Assembly (NCBI GenBank): GCA_951406725.2
Contig: OX597815.1
Span: 54,374,001-54,438,000, forward strand
Source of the DNA: Octopus vulgaris
Taxonomy: Eukaryota
Direction: 5' to 3'
DNA: 64,000 nt
Numbering within the stretch: the stretch's first letter is position 1; every line of letters begins with the position of its first letter. The notes beneath the pieces were generated by a model that did not search any database, was not told the origin of the DNA, and was given only the letters and a program-made list of their open reading frames with translations. Shown here one piece after another: positions 1 to 11,745 of the stretch. The position numbers and the translations under genes are program-made.

Positions 1-37
1 TAATAATAATAATAATAATAATAATAAAATAATAATA

Positions 38-280
38 GAAATTGCCCTGACGCTGCTCTTATGACTTCTGATCTTAACTGATTGGAAGTGTTATAATGTA
101 AATTGTTTTTTCTTGCTATAAAAGATTGGCTACAGTAAATATTCTGCTCAATACCACAGATTTGTTTGTCAGTTGTTTGACCCTACCAGTTGAGCATGTC
201 CCTTAGTTGCTGACGATACGCTCAGACTGGTAGTCATGATGGGTATACTGGGCTTCGTATATGTTATCCCTGCACTCTCA
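38..280. mobile_element. Unclassified interspersed repeat embedded in (TAA)n
   Basis: Complex non-coding sequence bounded by (TAA)n at 1-37 and aataata at about 284-290; no ORF. Confidence 0.35.
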
Positions 281-292
281 ATCAATAATACT

Positions 293-384
293 AAGAAGAA
301 GGAAAAGAAGGAGGAGAAGAAGAAGAAGAAGAAGAAGAAGAAGAAGAAGAAGCAGAAGAAGGAGGAGGAGGAGGAGAAGAAGAA

Positions 385-436
<52 letters not shown>

Positions 437-439
437 GAA

Positions 440-516
<77 letters not shown>
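293..516 (+). repeat. Compound (GAA)n/(GAG)n/(AAAG)n microsatellite
   Basis: Read directly; explains the poly-K/E/R ORFs 236..544 and 261..524. Confidence 0.95.
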
Positions 517-735
517 TATATTAAAAACTGCTAGTGCGGGTTAAATGTATCCCAGTTATTATAAGTGAGTTGGATAGAGGAAATAAGCATGAAACGCAGA
601 TTAGTACAGCTCCAGAAAACAGTGTTATTAGGGACAGTTAGGATACGTTGGCGGGTTCTTGGCATCTAAGGTTACTTGTAGACCGATGTTAGGATATTTT
701 CTTTTCCATAAGTCTAATCTGTTGAGTGTATATGA
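517..735 (+). mobile_element. 3' remnant of an R4/Dong-clade (RLE endonuclease) LINE
   Basis: Translates to VKCIPVII...[21 protein letters not shown], matching the IPVVIGALG...QKIVLMGTAHILRK C-terminus at 58931..59353. Confidence 0.65.
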
Positions 736-1803
<1,068 letters not shown>

Positions 1804-1847
<44 letters not shown>

Positions 1848-1854
1848 GTTGTTG

Positions 1855-1912
<58 letters not shown>
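1804..1912 (+). repeat. (TTA)n microsatellite
   Basis: Read directly; gives the poly-L tail of ORF 1522..1923. Confidence 0.95.
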
Positions 1913-1913
<1 letters not shown>

Positions 1914-1914
1914 T

Positions 1915-2397
1915 CTTCTTTAGATACTAGACCTGGAAGACAGGGAAGAAAACACTTGTAGACTAATAGATGTCAGTGTTCCCACTGAAAAAATATACCT
2001 GTAAAAGATTTTGACAAATTAAGTAAATATAACCACCTGGAAATTGAAATAAAAAATATGTTGCATCTTAAAGCGAAAACTGCTCCTGTTATTGTAAGTG
2101 CCCTAGGTATGATAAGAAAGGGATGTCAGAAACATCTAGATAATATCCCAGGAGAACCATGTCTCAGAGAAATCCAAAAGATTGTGCTGACAAGTACTGC
2201 CCACGTCCTTAGAAAAACCCTATCAATTTAAATGTCTGTGTTGTATTATATGAAGATATTTTGCTGCTGCACTTGCCCCATCCCCTACCCACGCTCTCAG
2301 TGAAACTGTAACATCTCGTATCTTTCACTCGCTCCAGGGTGCTGAGTGTGTCTTTGCAAGTAACTGCAACTAACATGCAGATTAAAAGTTTAAAAAT
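1915..2397 (+). mobile_element. R4/Dong LINE RLE endonuclease C-terminus and 3' UTR
   Basis: CRLIDVSVP...KLSKY.HLEIEI...PVIVSALG...EIQKIVLTSTAHVLRKTLSI* ending near 2231; followed by (GAA)n. Confidence 0.85.
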
Positions 2398-2619
2398 GAA
2401 GAAGAACAAGAAGAACAAGAAGAACAAGAAGGAGGAGGAGGAGGAGGAAGAGGAGGAGGAGAAGAAGGAGGAAGAGGAGGAGGAGAAGAAGAAGAAGAAG
2501 AAGAAGAAGAAGAAGAAGAAGAAGAAGAAGATGAAGAAGAAGAAGAAGAAGAAGAAGAAGAAGAAGAAGAAGAAGAAGAAGAAGAAGAAGAAGAAGAAGA
2601 AGATGAAGAAGAAGAAGAA
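2398..2619 (+). repeat. (GAA)n/(GAG)n microsatellite
   Basis: Read directly. Confidence 0.95.
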
Positions 2620-4556
2620 ACTTGTCTATGTGGTAATGACTTTGCCTCTCTTTGACATGGTTCTGGGTTCGGTCCCACTGCCTGAGACCTTGAGAAAATG
2701 TTTTCTGCTATGGCCCCATGTCGATCAGTCTTGCGTCCGAATTTTGTAGATTCAACCTGATATGTATATCTGCAACCCAGCTTAAAAATATATATATGTA
2801 TGTGTATTTCTATATGTGTGTATATATATGCGGTATAGATTTATAATTATATATAAAAATCTATAATCATAATCATATATAATCATACTTGGAAAAAGTA
2901 CCAGCATGCAAAATTAACAATTATAATTAGCTTTCGTTTTTTAAAATATTTCTCTAACCTTAAATAGAAAATACTTTGCTATCTGATAAAGCGAACTTTA
3001 AAAAAATTAATTCTTTTGTTTCTTTAAAAAAAAATGTTCACTAATTTTTACTCTTTTGAATTACATATTTTCTACATGAGCTTAATTTTCTACCACAATA
3101 TCTATGATTTGAAAGTTTTGGATAATGAGTTTTCTTAAGAAAATAAGATTTTTTTAAAATATAATACGAACAAATAAGACAGAAGTGTTTTAGCTTCGTA
3201 CAAAGAAAATTTGAAATCAAAACTATTAACTTAACTTTTTAAAAAAACTTGCAAGAAGGAACAAAAATAATACAAAACAAAACTCTGCACACACTATTTG
3301 ATGAATAATGTCACAAATTAATTTGGCAAATTTGGCAAATGTTCAGTAAGAACATTTGAAGTTTTTTGTTATGTTCTATACTTTTGAAGGTTCAATGCTT
3401 TGAAGGATTCTAAGCCCGCATTTTTCATTTTAGTTCACTTTATTCCAGGCAACGCCTCAGTTAGTAGAATTAAATATATTTATCATCATAATTGAAAAAA
3501 TGATACTAATGTAAATAATTTTTAAATACAGATTTTGTTCATATTTAGAAATTTTGTTTGAATCTAAAAGTAAGAAAGGATAAATAGCAGCATATCTGTT
3601 ACAAATATATATGTTTTTAAAATCATTTTTATTATGAAATGATTTTATATTCTAATTGAATAATTAATAATTAACTTTTGTAATGAGTAATTTTTCTATT
3701 TTAATATGTTTAAAATGTGTACATAATTTAATGCATAAACAGAATAATAAAAATTAATATGAAATCGCAAAAATTCAATATAATTTTTTTGCTTAATATT
3801 TTTAGACGGGGTTTTCCGCAAAACTTTCGTCGCGACGAACTCTTTCATTTGATATCAGATAAGATTATTTTTCTCCCCAAAATACAAAAATATTTTGATC
3901 TCTTAAGATTTTTACCTTTCTACGTCATTCAAAGCCACACAACAATTTTTGTAGTTAATAATTTTATGACAAGGTTTTCAGCACAAGATTCTTCTGATGG
4001 AGCTCTTTCATCGGAGGCAAATATTGAATGCAGTATAGCTGTAAAAACAGCTGAGAAGATTGGCTAATTACACAAGTATTCTATAGCTTTCTTTTACAAT
4101 AACCGAGATATTTTTTATTTGAAGTCAGTTTGGGGGTTTCTTACCCTTTTTTCGCTATAAACCCAATTAATCACTACTTTACTTTTAGAATAACTGAGAT
4201 TTTTTTCATTCAAAGTCAATTTTTTACCTTACCGCCCATTTTTGACCTCACATATTTTGACCTACCTTTTTTTGTAATGAACCAAATTTCAATTATTTGA
4301 TCTCAAACTATAAGAGAAAGACTGGACCATCATTGATAACAAAAATGCATTCAGCTTGGTTGAGAACTGAATTAGTGATGAAACCTAGAAGTGCTCGCGA
4401 GTACCAAAAATTTGACCTTAAGAATATATTCACCCAAAGCCGTCGGTGAATAATCATGCATAAATATACACATACGAACGCATATATATGCATATACATA
4501 TACAATCATACCTTTAGGTACATATAAATATGCATACACATAGACATAAACATATG

Positions 4557-4616
<60 letters not shown>

Positions 4617-4627
4617 TAGCCAATTAA

Positions 4628-4950
4628 GGCGCGTAGCTTAGTGGTAATGTTATTCGGCTCTCCATCGTAAGGTCGCGAGTTCAATTCCCGCGGTGCGATG
4701 TGTCGTTGAACAAGACACTTTATTTCGCGTTGCTCTAGTTCACTATGGTGGCAAATATGAGTAGTGTCTGTATTTTGAAGGGTCGGCCAAGTCATATTCA
4801 GTGATATGCTGAATCTCTCTGAGAACTACGTTAACTGTACTCGTGTCTGTGAGGTTCTCAGCCACTTGCACGTTAATTTCACGAGCAGGTTGTTCCATGG
4901 ATCGGATCACCAGGAGCGCTCTTCTTTGAAAGCAGCGTAGTCGCATCATA
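4628..4950 (+). mobile_element. tRNA-derived SINE (family B)
   Basis: A-box (tagcttagtgg) and B-box (gagttcaattcc) head; reverse-complement copy at 23040-23315. Confidence 0.8.
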
Positions 4951-5041
4951 TGTAACCATAAATATATACACATATACTTATACATACACGCATGAATGTA
5001 CACATGCATATATAAGCATATATATATACATACATACATAC

Positions 5042-5139
<98 letters not shown>

Positions 5140-5535
5140 TCCATTACTTCGGGATGATCATTATTTTGTCAAAAAAACACACGCATTATATATTCGTTCT
5201 TCACTTTAGCGTTATAACTATTCCTATTTTAGTGTCCTTTATCTTGAATATTTCGTCACGCATTCTGTCATCTCATCGGCGACCCTCCATCCCACATGTC
5301 GCTTCCTGTTCTGTTTAGTTCACACCACAAAATGACAACATGAGCTAAACGGAACAGGATGAAAGAGGATGAAACAGGTGGAAAGTCGTTGAAGAGGTCG
5401 CAGAGCGTATGATGAAATATTTAAGACAAATGACACTAAAATAAGAACAATAATAAAGTTGAAGCGAAGAACAAATATGCATTGCGTGTGTTTATTTGGC
5501 TAAAAAAATGACCCTCTCGAAATATAACAATATAT
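5140..5535 (-). mobile_element. Degenerate inverted-repeat PLE terminal-repeat unit, related to 53807-54130
   Basis: Inverted arms share cacacgca/tgcgtgtg and aaaatgacc...cgaaata..ac with the 53.8 kb unit; internal eroded hammerhead (minus strand CCGATGA..gtgac GAAA) at 5251-5279. Confidence 0.55.
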
Positions 5536-5626
5536 GTTTCAGCATACGATTTTATATCAGGAATTTTGGAAAACTAATATATAAACGTATATATACATGG
5601 ATATACATACATACATACATACATAC

Positions 5627-5669
<43 letters not shown>

Positions 5670-5673
<4 letters not shown>

Positions 5674-6151
5674 TAACTAATGTAGGATAACATATTTTCG
5701 AAAAAAAATTTTATCAACGGCCAGCATATCAAAAAATACCTTTAAAGGTTAAATTTATAAATAACTTATAAAATAAGGGCAAAAGAAAACTTCTAATGCC
5801 AAATATGCCGAAAAAAAAGACAAAATTGTCAATAACCCTTATAATTTATGCGTCTCGAAACAAGCCGATAGAAATTTCTAAAAAATCCGTTATTACCGTA
5901 TTGGTTCCAATTTCGGGATTAATTCATAAGAATTTTCCCCTCCTCAGCGATAAATACGTAAGACATAAATGAAATACTTACTCATACCCATGGAAAAAGC
6001 AAGCACTAAGTCCTGAGCAGACCTAAGATTTTTTAGAAATTTCTATCGGCTTGTTTCGAGACGCATAAATTATAATGGTTATTGACAATTTTGTCTTTTT
6101 TCAGCATATTTGGCATTAGAATTTTTCTTTTGCCCTTATTTTATAAGTTAT
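5670..6151 (-). mobile_element. ORF-less PLE terminal-repeat (pLTR) unit with inverted arms, inserted in (TA)n
   Basis: Arms 5761-5887 and 6027-6151 are reverse complements with few mismatches; hammerhead in the spacer; (TA)n on both sides. Confidence 0.75.
5893..5953 (-). ncRNA. Type I hammerhead ribozyme
   Basis: ttatcg CTGAGGA g ggga-aaattcttatgaattaa-tccc GAAA ttggaaccaa TA cggtaa; stems I, II and III all pair. Confidence 0.85.
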
Positions 6152-6329
6152 ATATAATTATATATATATATATATATATACAAAAAGCAATAAAGATTCA
6201 AGTTAATTTAAATGAATTTACTTGAATATGGTACCTAACTTAGATGCACCAAAAAAAACTATACTGTTTTAACAATACAGTAATGTGGGGTGATTATAAG
6301 CGAGAAAGAAGCAACAAGAATGGATAGGT

Positions 6330-6420
6330 TTTTAGTACAATCGTTTCATACAAGGACAGGCTTTATTAAAAGTTGCAAAAATTACAGCATATAAACGTGT
6401 CCCGTACTCATCAGCTAAAA
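6330..6420 (-). ncRNA. Type I hammerhead ribozyme in pLTR (sense copy)
   Basis: ttttag CTGATGA gtacgggaca..39 nt..tgtccttgtat GAAA cgattg TA ctaaaa. Confidence 0.85.
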
Positions 6421-6571
6421 TACATGTGAGTTCTCTAGACATCCTATTGGTTGAGGCTATACTCATGAAGTAATGTAGGTAATTAAGTAACATAAACAGA
6501 TTTCCAAAGTTCATTAAAGTTCTTTAAAGATGATGTACAGTCTTATCACAGCATTTTAAAAAGTTTTAATA

Positions 6572-6860
6572 GCATCACAGAGAAGGTGACCTAATCCATA
6601 GTGCACATATGAATTTCCAGAGATATGATGAGGGATTACATACTCACAGACGACAAATTTATCCATTGTTAATCACAACGAGGTGGGTCTCAATTCCTGC
6701 TTATTAGCATTACAGAGAGGGTGAATTAATCCTTTGTATAGATGCACAATTTCCAATGGTGTAGATGTAAATTTCCAGAGAAATGAAGAGGAATTTCATA
6801 TTCACAGGCGATAAATTTATCAATGGTTGAACACAATGAGGTAGGTATCAATTCTTGTTA
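6572..6860. repeat. Two diverged tandem units of about 135-155 bp in the PLE 3' UTR
   Basis: gcat.acagaga.ggtga..taatcc ... aatttccagaga.atga.gagg ... cacaa.gaggt.ggt.tcaattc occurs twice. Confidence 0.7.
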
Positions 6861-7883
6861 TATGATTAGGTATTTGCCACATTAATCACATTACTGCCAC
6901 TTACAAGAGGCTGTATCTATTTAACTTTTAAAGGCTGAAGGGCTTTCTAGAGAGGCAAAGAATAGAAAAGGGAAGGGAATAGAAGAAAAGAGAGAAAATA
7001 AAGGAGGAGGGAGCAAAAAGGGGGGAGGGGGACTAAAAGAGAAGAGAAAAGGAAAAAGAGAATAGGAAGAAGAAAAAGAAAAAAGAGAAAAGAGAAAGAA
7101 ATAGGGAAAGAAGGGAAAAAAGGGAAAAAAGAAAAAGAAAAAAGAGGGTTCTAGTTATACAGAAGAATTAGTAGACGGCAAGTCTGGTTTTAATTTACAG
7201 GCATCTAGGAACTAGAGGAGAATATTATTCTTTGACCAGTAAAACATCTAATTTATTGCTGTTGAAATCAGCTATGAATTTAAAGAGAATCTAAAGAGAT
7301 AACACTGTCAGGGGTTTAGGGGTCAGATGCTAAAATCAAAAGAAAATACATTAGGAAAATCTAAGTATAATCTTATCAAAAAGTCATTAAAGTTTACTTA
7401 TTTAATTTATTCATTATATTGTCTGAAGGAGTTGCTTTTATTATTCATACATTGACGGACTACAGGTCAAATCTTAGAAGATCATTTACATGGTGTTAGG
7501 GGATTGTCTATCATAATGAAGATAATCATATTATCACCGAGGGAGTAGCCTTATTTATTTAATTTTGAAATAGAATTATGGGGCTATAGTAACTCATTTT
7601 ATTTTATTAGAGTTATGCTACTTAAATTAGATTAAGTTAGGAATTAAAATTAAAAATTACAATTAAGATTTAAAATTAAGAATTTAAAATTATGAGTTTG
7701 AAATTAAATAAAGCCTCAATTAAGCAGCGTATAAGTACTATTCATTTCCCTGTTCTCAAAAAACTGATGCAGATATAAGGAAAAAGATAACTGTAGTGTG
7801 AGAACTCTTAGTTATCTACTTAAAGCAGTGCTATACTAGTAGAAATCAAGTTATATCTATCTATCTAGTTACTAATATTCTAA

Positions 7884-8837
7884 TCATTTAAAATATTTTA
7901 AAGTCTTCAATTTAGCGTGGACACAAACTTGACCTAGTTCGATATGGTTATTCAATAAGTTTCTATGTTTTCTATGCTTTAGAATTTCATACGTCTCCAT
8001 GGAGCATAGTTGGCAACCAACCCTACTATTTTTATACGGAATTGCTCTCCTAACTATTTCCCAATTAAGGTTATAATTATTATTATTATTTTTGAGTTCC
8101 CAGATTTTGTTTGAAAGTGTGGTGGTACCAGCTTTATGACGTAATTTAAAAGACGAGATGTGATTTCTAACTCTGGCTAGAAAATTAATTGTACATCCAA
8201 TGTAAAAATATTTGTTATTCTCCGTGGATATGGTACATTTATAGATTACATTATTTTCCCCACATAGACCAGGTGCCGGGCATTTTGATTTTATTCTACA
8301 CTTACACACAGGAGGAACAACTTCAGGCTTTGGATTATTCTTGGGTAGATGTCTTAGGTTCCTATTATTTTGATTATCATTTCTATAGTTGGTGCTGATA
8401 TCTAAAGTATTGCTATTATTTATTGATCCTTCTATTTCATCATTTAGGTCTAAAGTCCTACCATGATTTCTTATATTATTGGTAATGTTACTATTATTGT
8501 TAGTCCTTTTATCCGACTGCATATTGTTGTTATAGATATCACTGATATTTTCATTCTCCTTATTTTCTCCATTAGCCTTATTTCTATTATTTCTATTATT
8601 AACATTATTACTTCTATTAATATCGGCATTGTTATTATTACTATTAATGTTAATGTTATTAGTCATTCTGTGGTTACTAATTTCACCTATGTTTTGATAG
8701 TTACTATTGCTGTTTTTATTGTTGGTAGTATTATTATAATTGCTATTGGTATTCATGCTGATATTATTATTTTTATTTCTATCTTTCCTGGCTAGTTTAA
8801 TGTTGTTATTATTAATCTTAGCTATTAAAGTGGACAT
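7884..8837 (-). CDS. C-terminal part of PLE ORF: Asn-rich linker plus GIY-YIG endonuclease
   Basis: CKC..K..CP..G.C linker, VIY...YIG, R..NH..SF, CQLC..E, LLN; upstream in-frame FP..HRYHRII..KTVRISYSTLPN. Confidence 0.9.
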   Translation of the reverse strand: MSTLIAKINNNNIKLARKDRNKNNNISMNTNSNYNNTTNNKNSNSNYQNIGEISNHRMTNNININSNNNNADINRSNNVNNRNNRNKANGENKENENISDIYNNNMQSDKRTNNNSNITNNIRNHGRTLDLNDEIEGSINNSNTLDISTNYRNDNQNNRNLRHLPKNNPKPEVVPPVCKCRIKSKCPAPGLCGENNVIYKCTISTENNKYFYIGCTINFLARVRNHISSFKLRHKAGTTTLSNKIWELKNNNNNYNLNWEIVRRAIPYKNSRVGCQLCSMETYEILKHRKHRNLLNNHIELGQVCVHAKLKTLKYFK

Positions 8838-9000
8838 ATTTGGGAGGGTTGAATAAGAAATCCTAACTGTTTTCCTAGAAATAATTCTATGATATCTATG
8901 AGAGATAGGGAAATTTTTTTCTTAATAATTTTACTTAATTACCTACATTACTTCATGAGTATAGCCTCAACCAATAGGATGTCTAGAGAACTCACATGTA

Positions 9001-9091
9001 TTTTAGCTGATGAGTACGGGACACGTTTATATGCTGTAATTTTTGCAACTTTTAATAAAGCCTGTCCTTGTATGAAACGATTGTACTAAAA
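9001..9091 (+). ncRNA. Type I hammerhead ribozyme (inverted pLTR copy)
   Basis: Reverse-complement duplicate of 6330-6420. Confidence 0.85.
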
Positions 9092-9121
9092 ACCTATCCA
9101 TTCTTGTTGCTTCTTTCTCGC

Positions 9122-9172
<51 letters not shown>

Positions 9173-9304
9173 TATACATATATCCGCGTACATATATAGC
9201 ATATACGCATAAAATTATACTCACATCCAAAGATAAACACGTATATGTGTACGCATACACACAAGTGTAAGTGCAGGTGTACATGCATATTGACATACAT
9301 ATAA

Positions 9305-10070
9305 TGCACAGGCCTTGTTAATTATCTGTACTGACCTTATATTGTTTCCTATAAAATTTGAATGTCCTGGCCTCTTTGTATAAAGAGTACATGAATGTTT
9401 TATTATTCTATTATTAAGAAGGATTTCCGCTGCTTCGCTTAAACGCAAACGGTAACTACGTCTACAAAGCATAGACATATGTGTGTGTGTGTGCATTTTA
9501 TCGGCTTGTTAATTCTGTCAGGATGCACTTCCAATCCTGGTGTTCCTGGCGAAAAATACCAGTGTAATGTGCCAAGATATGCCTGTGTTAACCTGCGATT
9601 CTCTCAAACCTTTGTGGTACATATTTATATCACTCCTTTAATGCTATTTCAAAATGCTGACACAACCTCTAGTGTAACTTCATGTGAAAGCAGCAACACT
9701 TTCGGTTTTGTAGAAGTAGTTTTCTTTGAATATATCGAAAGAAAATGTGTTTGATTGTGGCTGTAGCTCTTCTTCCTCATAATTACTAGGTTGTCTTGGG
9801 TTTTAGGTGTAACTGAAGCAATTGTTAACCAGTTTATCTTTGTGTATTTTTTGTTTTCAGCTATTACCAGAGTAAGGACTTTTCTTGACATCATTTTAGT
9901 GTTGTAGCCCAAGTATTAGATTAGACTTCACAATTTTTGGTGCTGTTTGACTTGTCTCTTCAGAGCTGTCTGTTGGATGATGGTTGTTGTTGTTGTTGTT
10001 ATGATGTCAGTAACCAATTGCCCTGAATCACTCGTAAGTTTTGTTTTAACTATCTCCCCAGAACCTATGC
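9305..10070 (-). mobile_element. Possible highly degraded R4-like LINE remnant
   Basis: Minus-strand traces QIINKA, RFER and PDRI in the order seen in the 59.6-63.6 kb LINE; many stops. Confidence 0.3.
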
Positions 10071-11512
10071 TAAAATGTTTTTTCCGTTTTGTATTTCGTA
10101 AGGTTCCAACGATTCTGTAAATCTTATCTCCTTTGCCATTTTACGAATCAGATTGAAAATTACGATTATTTTAATGAAATTTACTCATTCCATTTAGAAT
10201 TTAAAATAAAAATATACATTGTGATTTTAGCGGAAAGCCAAAGTTGTGAATTTACAGATTTACCCACTTAACCAAAACATTACTGCCATCATTGCCGAAC
10301 GAAACGAAATCCAACAATAGCAACAACAAAATCAATCATGAATATGAAATATCAAGTTTAATATAAACAACAAAAATAAGAATAAGAAACCGAAAGACGA
10401 AAAAATAATTGTCGTTTCAACTCACCTAAAAATTGCAGCAACGCAACTACAACTACCAACTCCAACTCCATCACTACTAACATTAATGTTAAAATAACAA
10501 AGAAGGACACTGCGATTAACAAAATCGACTGTTAACGGGTTTGGCAGAAGGAAGAAATAGTTTATTCAACCGGGTTTAAAACATGGTAAAACCTACTTAC
10601 GATGACTGGAAGATACATAACGTTTAATATGCCAGAATTCATCTGGCTAGAAGCAAATTTCGACACTGTCATTATGAAAAGGAAAGCTGAAAAATAGAGC
10701 AAGTGACACATGAAATATTTCCTGAAATTTATAGGAATGTGGAAAGTGAAGATCGATTAGTATGAGAATACGTCTAGCAATATTTTCTTCCCTGATCATA
10801 CATTACGGTAGATTAAACTATCATTTCTCTACGCTTCCACCTTTTGCGTTTAATTAGGATGAGTTCAATATAATTCATGCTCTCATTGATGCATGATCTT
10901 GTACAGGACAGCCATATAGGATATTGCTTCATTGAAATAAGGGGAGTGAAATGCGTTTACTAATTATGTTGGTGATGTGCTTCATAACTGATGCTAGACG
11001 CATCGAACTTCTATTAATGTAAATGATTTTTTCATTTGGTTTTCAAAAGAGACGGCACTTATCTGAGCAACTTGCATGTTAATATTCAAGTAGGTTACAG
11101 TCTTAAGGTTGGTATAAACGGTAAACTTTTCACTAAGTTGTGGGAACATGCGAAATGAATTTTTTCCTATATATAAAAACAGAGCAATTAAATCTATTAT
11201 TCCAGCCCTGTCCTACCGATGTCGAAAAGTTAATAACCATTATTTTTTGTTCAAAAGTAGATTTTGTGCGTTCATAATTAAATTAATATCAGAATCGGTG
11301 ATTGTTATGTATATCCTAGTTCACTTGAGGGTCTGCATCAGAGTTTAGAGACGATATACAAATAAATACGTTTAAGCTAACCGACTTAGAATGTATTTTG
11401 AACTTGATTAAATAATATTTTCATAATTGCAAACTTCTTGTAAAAATTTGTTTCTATCAATGAGTCTTCATGTAGCCCTCAATCCCTTTCTATCACTCTC
11501 CCAGTATATATG

Positions 11513-11574
<62 letters not shown>

Positions 11575-11745
11575 GAAAACTGAACCCCAGTAATAAATAT
11601 TGGCTCAACCAACACAGAAGATGGGAAGAAAACAACTACCAAAGACAAAACAACACATACAGACCACACAGACCACCCCAACTACAAGAAAACCTAAGAA
11701 CTGAAAATGGAATTTGGAGACGTAACAACACAACCCATTTTTTAG

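Larger units (their letters stand above)
6181..9121 (-). mobile_element. 5'-truncated Penelope-like element with inverted pLTR (tentatively Nematis-type)
   Basis: GIY-YIG ORF; 191-bp inverted repeat 6300-6490 / 8931-9121 carrying a hammerhead; flanked by (TA)n. Confidence 0.9.

Noticed and set aside
4628-4700. tRNA-like sequence
   Set aside because: It is the head of a SINE that recurs at 23040-23315 and lacks a full cloverleaf
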